Source of the DNA: the human T2T-CHM13v2.0 reference genome, Homo sapiens
Length of the DNA stretch: 64,000 nucleotides
Strand: one strand, 5' to 3'
Assembly: GCF_009914755.1 (NCBI RefSeq)
Contig: NC_060936.1
Translations under genes and position numbers: made by a program
In this document: piece by piece, positions 30,395 through 50,192 of the stretch
How the letters are laid out: the number at the start of each line of letters is the position of its first letter
How positions within the stretch are numbered: position 1 is the first letter of the stretch
The notes under the pieces: model-generated
What the model saw: the letters and a program-made list of their open reading frames with translations, nothing else
The model's database searches: none
Told to the model about the DNA's origin: nothing

Positions 30395-30605
30395 AGCTAT
30401 TGAGTTTACTATGTGCAGTTGTATCAAATGAGTGTGCAGGTACCCATTTGATACAATTCTATGAGGTAGTAGTATTATTATCTCCATTTTATAGATGTAG
30501 AAACCATAGATAACTTGACCAAGGTCACAGGCAGTGAGAGGCGAGCTGGAATACAAACCCAGGCAGCCTAGTTGCAGAGCCCACCCTCTTAACCACTATG
30601 CTATA
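30395..30605 (-). mobile_element. MIR SINE
   Basis: CCATTTTATAGATG...AACTTGACCAAGGTCACA...CTCTTAACCACTATGC. Confidence 0.88.
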
Positions 30606-30750
30606 TATCATATATTACATATTATATATTATAGTTTTTCTGGAGTCTCATGAGCCTTAGGGTCACTAGCCTTAGGGAGAAAAGACTCTGACAAGTATAA
30701 GGTAAGGCAAAGATGAATGAGAGAAAGTGATATAAAAAAATGAAAAATCT

Positions 30751-30900
30751 GGCAGAGTGTAGTGTCTCACGCCTGTAATCCTAGCACTTTGGGAGCCCAA
30801 GGCTGGAGGATCGCTTGAGCTTAGGAGTTTGAGACCAGCCTAGGCAACATGTGAGACCTCATTTCTATTTTTAAATACAAACAAAGAAAAAATAAAAATA
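30751..30900 (+). mobile_element. FLAM_C-like Alu monomer
   Basis: GCCTGTAATCCTAGCACTTTGGGAG...GGATCGCTTGAGC, then an A-rich tail. Confidence 0.88.
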
Positions 30901-30909
30901 GTAGGATCT

Positions 30910-31055
30910 ACTTGTAACAAATGTACCATACTAATGTAAGATGTTAATAATGGAGACAAGTGTGTAGGGGAGTAGAGGACATACAGGAACTTCATTCTTT
31001 CTGTGCAATTTTCTTGCAAACCTTAAACTGCAAAATAAAAACTTTTAAAAAATAA
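30910..31055 (+). mobile_element. L1MC 3' end
   Basis: TGTAACAAATGTACCATACTAATGTAAGATGTTAATAAT. Confidence 0.75.
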
Positions 31056-31281
31056 AGACTTCCTAAGATGATACTGAGTGATAAGCTGGGACAATTTGAC
31101 ATAGCATGGCTGAAAACAGAGGCTAGAAAAACTGTCATGTTTAGTTATGATCGAGGAGGTTCCTAGGAAACCTGACTACTTATCACTTATAGTAAGTTGT
31201 GAAGATCAAATGAGATTCATAAAAGGAAAAACAGTTCTGGAAAAGCATTTATGTTTCTGCTGATTTATATTGCCTTTCCTG

Positions 31282-31452
31282 TGAGCAGCTGGGACCACAG
31301 GTGCACACCACCATGCCCTGCTAATTTAATTTTTTTTTTTGTAGGGACAGGGTCTCACTATGTTTCCCAGGCTAGTCTTGGCCTCAAGCAATCCTCCTGC
31401 CTTAGCCTTCCAAAGTTCTGGGATTACAGGTCTGAGCCACTGCACCTGGTCC
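31282..31452 (-). mobile_element. AluJ fragment
   Basis: Partial Alu with CTCAAGCAATCCTCC. Confidence 0.85.
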
Positions 31453-34400
31453 CGTATTTTTGTTACCATCCTTATCCTGAGAGGATCAGGATACACCAGA
31501 ACTTTGCCCAAAGTATCTCTGCCCCGGAGTGACTCTAAGAAAATATCTGTTCATTCTCATCATAGTCAATATTTGCATCTACTATTATCAGGGTTGGGGG
31601 GCACAGTGAGTGTGCATCTGGGTTAGTGTGTGAATAGTGCAGATTTCCAATCAGGTCCCCTCCACACACATTTTTGTGAGTGTGACTAGGTGAGTATGAC
31701 TAGGTAGTCATGTGCTTCATAATTATTGACTTATACATTCCATGTTTCTTATAAAGAACATGGCTTATTGGGTAATAACTTCTGCTTCTGGTTTTTCCTT
31801 GGGGCTAATAGAATTAAGAACTGAGATATCTGAATTAGAGTGCTGTGAATAGTAACCCGGTTATTTTCCAAAGAAGCTATATGCTAATTTTGTTTATCTC
31901 CATGACCCAAGAGGAGGTCATGAATGACCTCAAGCAGTTACATCATGGTTTTCACTTTGTTAAATAGTTCACCTTTTATGAGTAGATTATAAAACCACAG
32001 GGCAGAGCTTTGACATCTTCATTCAGTTTTATAGCTCTGTGTAGTCAGTGCTTAATAAATAATAGGGGCAATACTGCTAAATTGATAAAAATAGATCTTA
32101 CTGCACATAGAGCATTTGGGAACCATGAGGATTAAGCCACAGTCTATTCTGTGTATTGTAATTCAATCATACTTTAGAAGGTTTAGCTGTGGGAAATTGC
32201 TAGAACTACAAGATCAAGTCACCCCTTTTGCTTTTACCAGTTTTGAGGAATGTATAAAATAAGAATAAAAACAAGGGAAAATTAAGCTCACATGTTTGCT
32301 AAACAAACAAACAAACAAACAAGCAAACAAAAAAACCCAAGGGTGTAATTTAAAAAAAACTATGATGTTTGAGAGTATACAAATTTTGAGAATTGTTTCC
32401 AGGTGCTACAAGTGAGATTAAAAGCTATTTCTAGGCATTAACTCACATTCAAGATGTCTGGGTATGCACTCATCAGTGTGTGAATATGCAGTTGCTTCTT
32501 CATGAAAATCTGGAATATTCTGGAGTATATCTCGTCAGTGCTCTGTTTCTCACCAAGGGGCCAACGCTTCTTTAAAAATCTAAATATACGTCCTAGAAAT
32601 GCAGATTATCCACCCATGGCTTCTCCCCAAATGATAGTTGAGATCACTTGGCCTCTGTCCTCTTCTATCCTCTTTGCTTTCAATCTGTGAATTTTACTTT
32701 GCTACCTACTCAAAACAGAACTCCATCTAGGTGCTCTGAGACATCTAGTCATGGCTGCAGTTCCTGGCTTTACCTCCACCTGCCTCCCCTTTCTTTCTTG
32801 TCATTGCTGCAGTTACAGATTTTACATTTTCTTAGACCCTTCATGTGTCTTTGTTCAGCATGTGTCTTTTAATGGAAAATCCAATTTTTATCAGTGGCTG
32901 TTACACTCTCTGGCCATTTCAAATATATAGGTTACATTTGCACATTTGCATGTGACTTTGATGTCATATAAATAAAAATAAGCAAAAAAAAAAAATTAAA
33001 CTCACACACAGACACACAAAATTAGGCAATACCAGGAAGTCTCCAGAAGATGGGTGTGCAGCTGCTTCTCTTGCCCTATGACTCCTCAGCTGTATCTGGC
33101 TCAGTAATGTGAATACTTATTTATAACCTAATCAAGGCATAAGATCCCACTTTTGCTTTAGAAAGTATTATTTTTTCCAATATAAACATATATGGGACCT
33201 GAATGAGTGATTTTGGATGTTTGGCTATTTCAAAGAATAGAGGAAAGAAAAGAGGGACATTCATCTTTATTCTAAGTCAGGATACTCTAAATGAAGAAAG
33301 CTTTTTTACTGGAGGAATTTTGGCTTGAAAAGATGGGGAAATCTTATGTCTAAGCTCTTTATTCCTCCCAATTCTTTTCTAGCCTTTGCAAATGCTTGTG
33401 CAATTTTATTTATTAATGAACTTGGATTTAAGGCTATAAGCATCCTTTAATAACATGGAAATAAACTATCACATTCCATGCTGATATTATTTCCCCAATT
33501 TTTTCTTTCCTTTAATGAAACTTTCCAAGCTATCTATTTCATACACTAATATTTGCAGATAACTGCTTTACGTTGCAATGTATTGAGTCATTTTGTTCCA
33601 TGCCTCTCATTCTATTATCTTGATTTTAGTCCCAGCATTCTCTTTCTGCAGAGATCCAGTTTATTGATCACAACTTCTGCCAAGGTCATTTACTCCTAGA
33701 AGTTCAAATGGGCACCAGCACCAGACTGAAGACTTTTATCTTGACTCCTGAACTAACACACCATATATTTTTTCCCATTACATCTACAGCAAGCATGTGC
33801 TGCCTTTTTAAAAAATATTTTGTTTTGCTCTTTATCTTATTGCTGGAGAAATTCCAACATGTTTCTTAAGTCTTCTGATCAATTTATGAGAATTATTTCC
33901 TTTTCCTCTCCTCTCCACATGATGCATGCACTCATCTCAATTCTTATAACCATATCCAGTCATTTATTTTCATTTTATGACTACACGTCCAGTAATGTCA
34001 GGTAGAAAAATTTTATAAGAGCTTGTTTTTCTAATTTCACATGAGCCCCTGAAGATTCAAGTTTATTTTTAACTCTTCAGAACATAAAATTTCCCTGTTT
34101 ATGTTGAGAGCAAACAGGTTTTGAACAGTGGTTTAAATTTTTTTTTTCCAAATCAGAAATAGTTGAAATCCACTTCAAAATGAAAACAAGGTGGTTTTCC
34201 ATTGTCCCAACTCTTTGTGCTTTTGTCCTTAACAATATTTTAGGCTACAAATGGTATCAAACATGTCTTTGAACACTCCCACTCCAATCTCAAATCAACT
34301 ATGTTTAGTACCACATCATTACATTTTACAGTCAATACCACCATTACAGACTTGATTAAATGAACTCCACTGGGTTCTATAACATTAATTATAGCTGCAC

Positions 34401-35146
34401 AACTCCTGCAGCCATCAGAGAACATTCATTATGTATGACTCCATCCACAGAAGGAGAAATTGCTGACTATTTGGGTGATGTCTTTTCAGAGGAGATCTGT
34501 AGTGACTGTTGATCTCCACAAATATAACTTATTTGAGGAAGACTCTAAAAATGTAAAACTTTGTAGGGTTATTTTATCCCTCAAAGATGAGACAGCAAAA
34601 GCAGCATGTTCTAATGCTAGTGAGCTCAATTTAGGTTTTGCATCCTACTTCAACTTGGCCCAATTCTACGATAAACAGGGTTCCCCCCAACAATTAACCA
34701 TTATTCGATAAATGTTTATTAAACAGCAATTACATTCCTACTTTGCAACATAAAAGATGCAAAGATAATGTCTCGATCTCAGTTTATATAGGCAACAATA
34801 TCAACTGTGTGTAAAAATTATAAGGTTTATATGTATCTGATGAAGCAAAAAAGTGTAGGCCCAGGAATAAGAAAGTTTACTTAAAGTCTAATGTTATCTT
34901 TTGCCTTCTGTTACTTCCCATATAGGAATAGTTCATGTTTACATCCACTTCTGGGTGGGTTCATGGAACAAGTGGCCTGGATGTCCAAGACCACCTGGAC
35001 TCCACAATAGTCATCCCCACATGATTAGCTAATTCCTCCTCCCTGATTTGAGTTTTTCTGCTTGTAGAAATAGTCTCAAATAGAAGAGACACTAGAAGCA
35101 AATAAATTAGTTAAAAAGAATCAATACATTATGAAGAAAAGAAATA

Positions 35147-35498
35147 CAGTTATCCCTCAGTATCCATGGGAGATGGGTTCCAGGACCTCTGTGGATACCA
35201 AAATCTGTGATGCTCAAATTCCTTACGTAAACTGGTATAGTGGTTGCATATAACCTGAACATCTTCCTGTATACTTTAAATCATCTATGGGTTATATGTA
35301 ATGCCTAATACGATGTAAATGCTGTATAAATAGCTGTTGCACTGTATTATTTAGGGAATAATGACAAGGAAAAAAGTCTGTACATGTTTGGTATAGATGA
35401 AACTATGCTGGGCCCAGCTCCATTACACTCTGTGGTTTGTTGAATCTGCAGATGTGGAACCTGCAGATATGGAACCTGCAGATATGGAGGGCTGACTG
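35147..35498. mobile_element. MER2 (TcMar-Tigger) non-autonomous element
   Basis: TIRs CAGTTATCCCTC.../...GAGGGCTGACTG with TA on both sides. Contains three tandem 15-bp units CTGCAGAT(G/A)TGGA at 35446-35490. Confidence 0.9.
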
Positions 35499-36318
35499 TA
35501 TGTAGTTAGAAAACAGTTAATTTAAAACATATTTGTGTTCGCACAGTTATTTATACCTGGATTCTGTAGGTGTGTTTCTTGGTTTACTCAACAGTGCATC
35601 CTCACTGGGGGTTTATAATCTCCCTCCAACTAAGGACACCTGGAACCAGAGAGTTGCTCCTCCTTTTGATTCTTCACATCTTTGATGCCATCCTCTTCTC
35701 TCCTGAACAAGATGTCCTCTTCTTGAATCAAAGGTGGCCTCTCTTCACTGACTATGAGAGCTTAGACTCTGAATTTACTTAATGGATTCTTAACTGCAAA
35801 AATGCCGTTACTACTACAAACATTATTTATCTTTTACTATAGTAATTATTATTTTTCTTTTAATCTTCTTTCTAGATGTAATGCCAAAATTCTGACTCTA
35901 TGCGGGAGATCATTTTGTTTTCATGAGAAGAAAGCAAAACATTTTCCTCTTCTTTCTGTAGGAGAAGCCATATTTATATAAGTCATGATTTTAAAAGACT
36001 TATGGTTTCCAAACCCAAGCAGGCACTATCTCTCTATTTTTTACCTGAACAATCTTCTGACATGCCAAGAAATTGACTGCACTGGGCTGCAGCTCTTGTC
36101 TTCAGGCCAGCAGAAAAACATTAACACTTTCCTGCTTGTCATACAAGGATCACACTAACTCATAGAACTGACTTCTAGTGCTGATGGCAACTTGAGCCAC
36201 AACATTCAAGGAGTTCAAGGAAGAATTTATAGGTAAGATGAAAAGAGCTGTTTCCTCTTTTCAATATGCTGGCCAAAGGGCAAAGGCAGTGCCCTCTACT
36301 CATCTCAGGCTCAGTTGA

Positions 36319-36727
<409 letters not shown>

Positions 36728-37269
36728 AGATATTTCTTACACATTAAACACAAAGCTATTTTAAACAAATGTGTCAGAAAAGTCAGTCTCTTCAAAGGAG
36801 AACATCTGCTTATTCTGCATTTTTCCCAACTGCAAAGTCTATCATCTCTCTGCAGCCTCACTGTGAAGAGCTCTTTAGAAGTGCCCTTTCTAGAACGAAC
36901 TTCTGGTGAGTCATCATCAATACCTCATCCTTGTGTCAGACCTCATCAGGTGTACTTGTCAATGGAAAATGTTCCTAAGCCAGTACTTCAAGGAGAGTGT
37001 GCATCTACCTTCTGAGATTTACTGAATTACAGCGACCACAAATATCCCTCGAGTCAAGTGGGCTAGAGGGTCTGAAATACAGGCAGGTATACCTGCAGCA
37101 GGGCAGCACAATGGATCCAGATCCTACTGACAATCAGGGCTGCTTCCGTGGACTTTTGCAGAAGGTCTTTTTATTCAAGAATGTGCCTTCCTTTAGTGAC
37201 GTCTAATTATATGTGAATTTAGTCAAGAAAAATGGCAACCGTATTATAATAAGCTAGAAAGTCTTTAGG

Positions 37270-37447
37270 CCTAGTGTTTTTCAAATTTTCCTGGTAAGAA
37301 GCTTATTAGGGGGAGCCCATTAAGAATACAGAATTCCAAGCCAAACCTGAGATCCACTGAATCAGAATCTACAAGAGTTAGATAATTGGTATTTTTTATT
37401 GAAAGTCTCAAGTAAGTCTTGAGTTCAAGCAAGAATAAGAAATACTG
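37270..37447. mobile_element. MER5-family hAT-Charlie relic
   Basis: ACTGAATCAGAATCT and a GAAATACTG end. Confidence 0.65.
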
Positions 37448-37564
37448 TTTAAGCCAATAAGGAGGAAGTCCAATAAGAATACATCAGTCCAAGGTCCCCT
37501 TAGCCCAGCATTCAAGGTCTGACAGTAGCCTACTGTCTATCTGCACTTATCTGAAAGGGAAAGG

Positions 37565-37760
37565 CAGTTGTGGTATAATAGAATGAGCATTGGAGTCAGA
37601 GCCATACCTCAAAAATTCAGTCTCTGAGTTTATCTAGTTTGTGACTTGGAATAAATTACTTAAACCCACTGAATTTTCATTTTGTTGTCTATATTATGAT
37701 AATAATAATTCTTACCTCAAACTATTGTTTTGAGAATTGAATTTTATAACATTAAAGCAA
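37565..37760 (+). mobile_element. MIR SINE
   Basis: TGGAGTCAGA...GTGACTTGG...AAATTACTTAA. Confidence 0.75.
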
Positions 37761-38468
37761 TATTTATTAAGTACTTAGTATCCATCAAATTCTATGCTAG
37801 GTGCTCTTTCTTCTGGTATCTTATGTGCCAAATTCATCATAGTCATTCAATAATTATGGGTGGAATAAATGAAATATAATAGTTGAATAAACAGTAGTCA
37901 GTATAAGCTGCATAAAAATAACATTAAGCTATCATATGACACTTTATGGTATTTAAAATAGCTCTGCTTCATTAAAACTATATTTTAAAGTGTTTATGGT
38001 AGAAAAGAAAGTTTGATGGAGGGGATGATTGTGAGGTCTGTTGGTGTAGAATGGTGCCTTCATTCTTGCACTGTGTCAATGCACACAAGAAATCATCATT
38101 TACGAATAGGCCAGTCAGTGCTGGCCTAGCTTCTGAGCACAGAGAACAAACCCTCACAAGGATACAGGGTAACCTGATCGGGGAACAACAGGAGAAAGAA
38201 TTCCCCTGTGGGGTATTTTACAAGTGAAGTGTTTTATTTCATTCCAGGTACAACATATTAAGAGTTACTCTACAGACTAGAGGATGATGAGGATGTAATT
38301 CATTAACAAATGGTACTACTAAATGGTACTACTGGACTGGCTCTTTGAAAGTACAGAGTTTTTATTGCATTTTATTTATTTTCCCAAAATGCTTAATACT
38401 CAGTTACCTCAAGAAACTCAAGGTCAGTGAGGGAGAAAAGCAGGTAAGCAGACAATTACAATGCCGTG

Positions 38469-38668
38469 CCATTCTCTACATTGTCCTCTCAACAAAGGAA
38501 CTCTGTCCCTCCCCCCAGGATGGAGAAGTCCTGCTTTGGTTGGTCAGGTCTGGGGGACAATGTTTCCTAAGCAACAGAGCTTTAAGATATAGGTAGAGCT
38601 CCATGAATTCTTTATCTTCTTCTTCTGCCCAAGCAAGCAGACACAACAGTAAACTAGGAAATTGACCA
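38469..38668 (+). repeat. Copy 1 of a ~200-bp direct repeat (copy 2 at 42570-42765)
   Basis: Shared CCATTCTCTACA.TGTCCTCTCAACAAAGGAAC...GACAATGTTTCCTAAG. Confidence 0.95.
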
Positions 38669-39778
38669 AGGGCAGATCAACCCATTATTTCTTTCTTTGG
38701 ACACTGTCTTTTCCCCATGTGCTGCCAGGCTGCAGACATTAATCAGGCTTGGACTCAGCTCAGCATGGAACTTTGGAGGCAAATTTGCTATCTTTTTATG
38801 TGCCTTGTTCCTTGGCACTGGTGGGTGGGTGTTGAACAGACACTTCCTTTCCCACTAGTGTTCACATCCAAGGTAGAGAATCTAGTGGAGTAGACCTTAT
38901 GGCCCACTTTAGTTTGAAGTTATTCAGGCATAATTAGCCTAGAAAAAGGAGTTTTGTATTTGGTCTAATCTATTTAAGTTATTCATTGGAGTTTAGAGCC
39001 AAAGTATTAAAGAGGTCTGTAGAAGGAGGAAAGCACAGGGAAGGGGTACCCAGTCCTAGCTCGTAGGCAAGGAAGAAGCCATAGGGGAAGACTTCAAGAA
39101 GAGAAGCAACCAGCCAAGCAAAGAAGCTCCTCAGGATGTTCATGAAAAGTGAGCACCATGCGCCAACCCTCGGAGGTGTCATAGAAAACTTAAAGAATTG
39201 TGTCTAAAGTGAGGAATTTAGAAAGAACACTCCAAATGAAATATTTGGATGAAATGAGAATGACTCATCTTTTTATGAGAAAGCTTTTATAGAAGCATTC
39301 TTATCTTTTAAGAGTATCCTGTGGATAATGTATTGAGCTTGCTCTCATTTTTCCAGAGGATCTAATTAGCAGCAAAAAGGAAATTGCCAGGCAGTGGACT
39401 CTGCTCAGTATAAAAAAGTCTCTCCTACAAGACCGAACAATGAGGGATTGGCTGTCCCTAGACTCATATAGGAGAAACCAGAGAAACACGTATGGATGTA
39501 TTGAAAAGGACATTCATGTGTCAGGTAGAAGCCCAGCCTATGTGACCTCCCAACCCTTTCCAACTCCTGATTCTATCACCAGCCAATTCTTTCAGATTCC
39601 CATGCTGCAATGAGGACACCCACTTTCTCTCCCTCTCCCCCCATCTCATTTAAAGGGCAGAAAGACAAATACTGCATTCAAATACTGCAAACCTTTACTT
39701 ATCCTGGTAAGAACATGGTTTAAGGGGAATTATCATAATTTCAAATAACAAAATACACTTGAGATAAATAAAACACTT

Positions 39779-42475
<2,697 letters not shown>

Positions 42476-42569
42476 CACTTCTAAAAATAAATTTTATAGT
42501 TCATCAAAATTGAGAAGGCACTTCCAAACCTTGCAGGGCCTTGCATATGTATATAAATACAATATAGCA

Positions 42570-42765
42570 CCATTCTCTACACTGTCCTCTCAACAAAGGA
42601 ACCCTGTCCCTCCTCCCAGGATGGAGAAGTCCTGCTCCAGTTGGTCAGATTTTGGGGACAATGTTTCCTAAGGAATACAACTGTCAAAAATGAGTAGAGT
42701 CCCATGAATGCTTCATCTTCCTCTTCTACCTAAGCAGATATAGCAGTAAATTGGTAAATTTACCA
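42570..42765 (+). repeat. Copy 2 of the ~200-bp direct repeat, followed by a (TA)/(CA) microsatellite to ~42830
   Basis: Aligned by eye to 38469-38668. Confidence 0.95.
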
Positions 42766-42767
42766 TA

Positions 42768-42798
<31 letters not shown>

Positions 42799-44329
42799 GT
42801 TATATATATGTTACTATATATATATATATAAAAGCATCTGCAGCATTGTATTATAATTTATCTGTTCACTTTTCTTTCCAAATAAGCCACAAAATCCTTT
42901 AAAGCAAGGACTTCTATTTATCTCATTCAATTACATTGCCTGGCACACTGGAGGTTCACAGTGAATTAATGAATCAATCTCTTGATTATCACAAATCTTT
43001 TGAATTGCATTCTTAGTGCTTTTGCTACAAAACAAGATAACAGAGTTCAATGCAATAGTGTTGACACAAGTATTCATTTTTTAGATCTCTACAACCTAGT
43101 TTTTATTTTTCTTTCTATCATGAGTCAAAGAATGAGCCCTCCCACCCCACCATTGAAATCTCAAGTTTATGATCCAATCCTTGCCACTCTTGTGTTTTAT
43201 TATTGTTGGTAGTTTCTAAAGTTGGCTTTTTTTTGTTTAGGTTTTCCTTGTTATCTGTCAGGTGGAGTGAAATTACTAGCTCAGTTAAGTGTGGGTACAT
43301 GTAAGTGACTGTGCTGGGCCTGCATAAAAGCTTCAACAACCTTTCCCTGGCACTCTGATAAGTTCTCTGAGGGATGATCAGCTCTGTTCATTTGGTGATG
43401 CTATCTGATATTTGATTGGCTAGGTCATTTACACTCTTATCTGGTTTTGTTTGTTTGCATATTCTGCAAGCTTAGCCAGGATCAAACTCTGTGTCAAACC
43501 CCTTTAATAATTTAGAATGTTCAATTTACTTCCAGCTTACTATTTGTTTGGGAGTTTTGTGTTTTTCCCCCTAATGACATAATGTAGTTTTCACAGGGGC
43601 TGAATGGTCACAGGCTTCCTTCACATCTCTGCAGTCACATATCTTATTGATCCTCATTAGTCATAAACAGGAGGAGATATAGCACTGCAAATTTTCTAAA
43701 TACATTTGCTTCTGTTTCCTTGTGGGTAGGTGCTGGGATTTGCCATATTACATTTGAGGTTTGGCTCTTTTTCTAGGGGAAACTTTGTTAGCACCTTATA
43801 CATTGAAATATTATTAGTAATATTAGGTTATCTCTATGTGCTGAGCATGGTGCCCAGTGATGGAATGATAAATGGCAGCAACTATAAATTTTTATGCCCC
43901 AAAAGCACTAAACGAGACCCACAAAATTACTCACATAGAATAAAAAATTTAGAGGCAAACCAAGCCAGATTTAATAAGTTAAACAGCCCTCTCTGTGTGT
44001 CAGAAAACCTCCTGAGTTTACCAAAAAAGCTTTCTGATAGAAGCAGGCACAACCAGATGAAGGAAAGCACAGAACATCAGAAGATGTGAAACACAGTGAC
44101 CACTAAGTGACAAAAGAGTAAAATCCCCAAGTCATCATTGCTAGAAAGATGGCTGGTGCTGGTAGGTGAACCACCTATGAAAGAGCTCATTATCAAACCA
44201 CAGGAAGAGGCACTTTGTGATAGAAGATAAATTTTTACAACAGTGTGAGGAAAGATGGCTATAGACATAGTCAAAAGGGCAGGGTCCACCCTAGGAACAC
44301 CCCTCCCTCTTTTAGCCATATGCTGAAGG

Positions 44330-44555
44330 CTTAATACATGGCAAGCCCTAAGCTAAGCAGTCATACATTATGTGATTTAACACATACAAAAACCCTTTGG
44401 GGAAGATATTGACGTTGCCATTTTATTGATGAAGAAAAAGAGAAGCTGAGAGGTGAGGTAACTCCCCACAAAGTCCCCATATTAGTAAGTGGTAATGCCA
44501 GCCTATAAATCTGAATTTCTCCTTGCAAAATCCACACTCTTCAGTACTATGCCAT
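44330..44555 (-). mobile_element. MIR SINE
   Basis: CCATTTTATTGATGAAGAAA...GAGAGGTGAGGTAAC. Confidence 0.75.
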
Positions 44556-45287
44556 GCTTCTAGACAAGTAAAGCAAGGAGTTGGCATTCTACAGAGCATA
44601 TTTGAGAAAACCCCCTAGAACCCAATTTATAGGTATTTTGGATGAACTTTGAGCCTTTAAGATGCAATGAAAAAGAACTTAGCAATTAGAGAATGGAAGT
44701 AAGATAGGGAAAGACAGTCCTGAGCAGCATAAGGCTGAATTCTGTTGATTACTATCAAGGGTCTCATGCCCAGAATTGCAAAATCCAAGTAAGCAAAGGG
44801 GCACATTTTCTTAATGCCATCTTCAGAAAGTTTATTTCTGCCTGCAGGGCTAAGCATGATAGAAACACACTTTCTCCCAGCACACAATATTCACACTGCA
44901 TTAAAAATGGACTGATTCTGAGGAAGCGGGGCTGAGCAGCCTCTGCTGTGCCTCATTCTGCCCCATACAGAGATCCTGCTTTATGACATGGGCTTTAATT
45001 TCCCTTTACTCTTATGATGTTTGCTATGACTTTTTTTTTTTCCAGAGTGATTGCATCATTTATTTTATTTTATTGTATTATTATTATACTTTAAGTTTTA
45101 GGGTACATGTGTACAATGTGCAGATTAGTTACATATGTATACATGTGCCATGCTGGTGTGCTGCACCCATTAACTCGTCATTTAGCATTAGGTATATCTC
45201 CTAAAGCTATCCCTCCCGCCTCCCCCCACCCCACAACAGTCCCCAGAGTGTGATGTTCCCCTTCCGGTGTCCATGTGTTCTCATTGT

Positions 45288-49113
<3,826 letters not shown>

Positions 49114-49176
49114 TATGATGTTAGCTGGTTATTTTGCTCGGTAGTTGATGCAGTTTCTTCCTAGCTTTGATGGTCT

Positions 49177-50192
49177 TTACAATTTGGCATTATTTTGCAG
49201 TGGCTGGTACCGGTTGTTCCTTTCCATGTTTACTGCTTCCTTCAGGAGCTCTTGTAGGGCAGGCCTGGTGGTGACAAAATCTCTCAGCATTTGCTTGTCT
49301 GTAAAGTATTTTATTTCTCCTTCACTTTTGAAGCTTAGTTTGGCTGGATATGAAATTCTGGGTTGAAAATTCTTTTCTTTAAGAATGTTGAATATTGGCC
49401 CCCACTCTCTTCTGGTTTGTAGAGTTTCTGCAGAGAGATCAGCTGTTAGTCTGATGGGCTTTCCTTTGAGGGTAACCCGACCTTTCTCTCTGGCTGCCCT
49501 TAACATTTTTTCCTCATTTCAACTTTGGTGAATCTGACAATTATGTTTCTTGGAGTTGCTCTTCTGGAGGAGTATCTTTGTGGCGTTCTCTGTATTTCCT
49601 GAATCTGAATGTTGGCCTGCCTTGCTAGATTGGGGAAGTTCTCCTGGATAATATCCTGCAGAGTGTTTTCCAACTTGGTTCCATTCTCCCCGTCACTTTC
49701 AGGTACACCAATCAGAAGTAGATTTGGTCTTTTCACATAGTCCCATATTTCTTGGAAGCTTTGTTTGTTTCTTTTTATTCTTTTTTCTCTAAACTTCCCT
49801 TCTTGCTTCATTTCATTCATTTCATCTTCCATCACTGATACCCTTTCTTCCAGTTGATAGCATCGGCTCCTGAGGCTTCTGCATTCTTCATGTAGTTCTC
49901 GAGCCTTGGCTTTCAGCTCCATCAGCTCCTTTAAGCACTTCTCTGTATTGGTTATTCTAGTTATACATTCGTCTAAATTTTTTTCAAAGTTTTCAACTTC
50001 TTTGCCTTTGGTTTGAATTTCCTCCTGTAGCTTGGAGTAGTTTGAACGTCTGAAGCCTTCTTCTCTCAACTCGTCAAAGTCATTCTCTGTCCAGCTTTGT
50101 TCCATTGCTGGTGAGGAGCTGCATTCCTTTGGAGGAGGAGAGGCACTCTGCTTTTTAGAGTTTCCAGTTTTTCTGCTCTGTTTTTTCCCCAT
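49177..50192 (-). pseudogene. L1 ORF1p with one frameshift near 49510
   Basis: ORFs of 230 aa and 109 aa together cover ORF1p. Confidence 0.95.

Noticed and set aside
38308-38333. 13-bp tandem duplication AAATGGTACTACT (similar small repeats at ~6580-6640 and ~60285-60320)
   Set aside because: Ordinary slippage-scale events.
43730-44089. 119-aa ORF in unique DNA
   Set aside because: GTG start, no recognisable homology, and within chance expectation.
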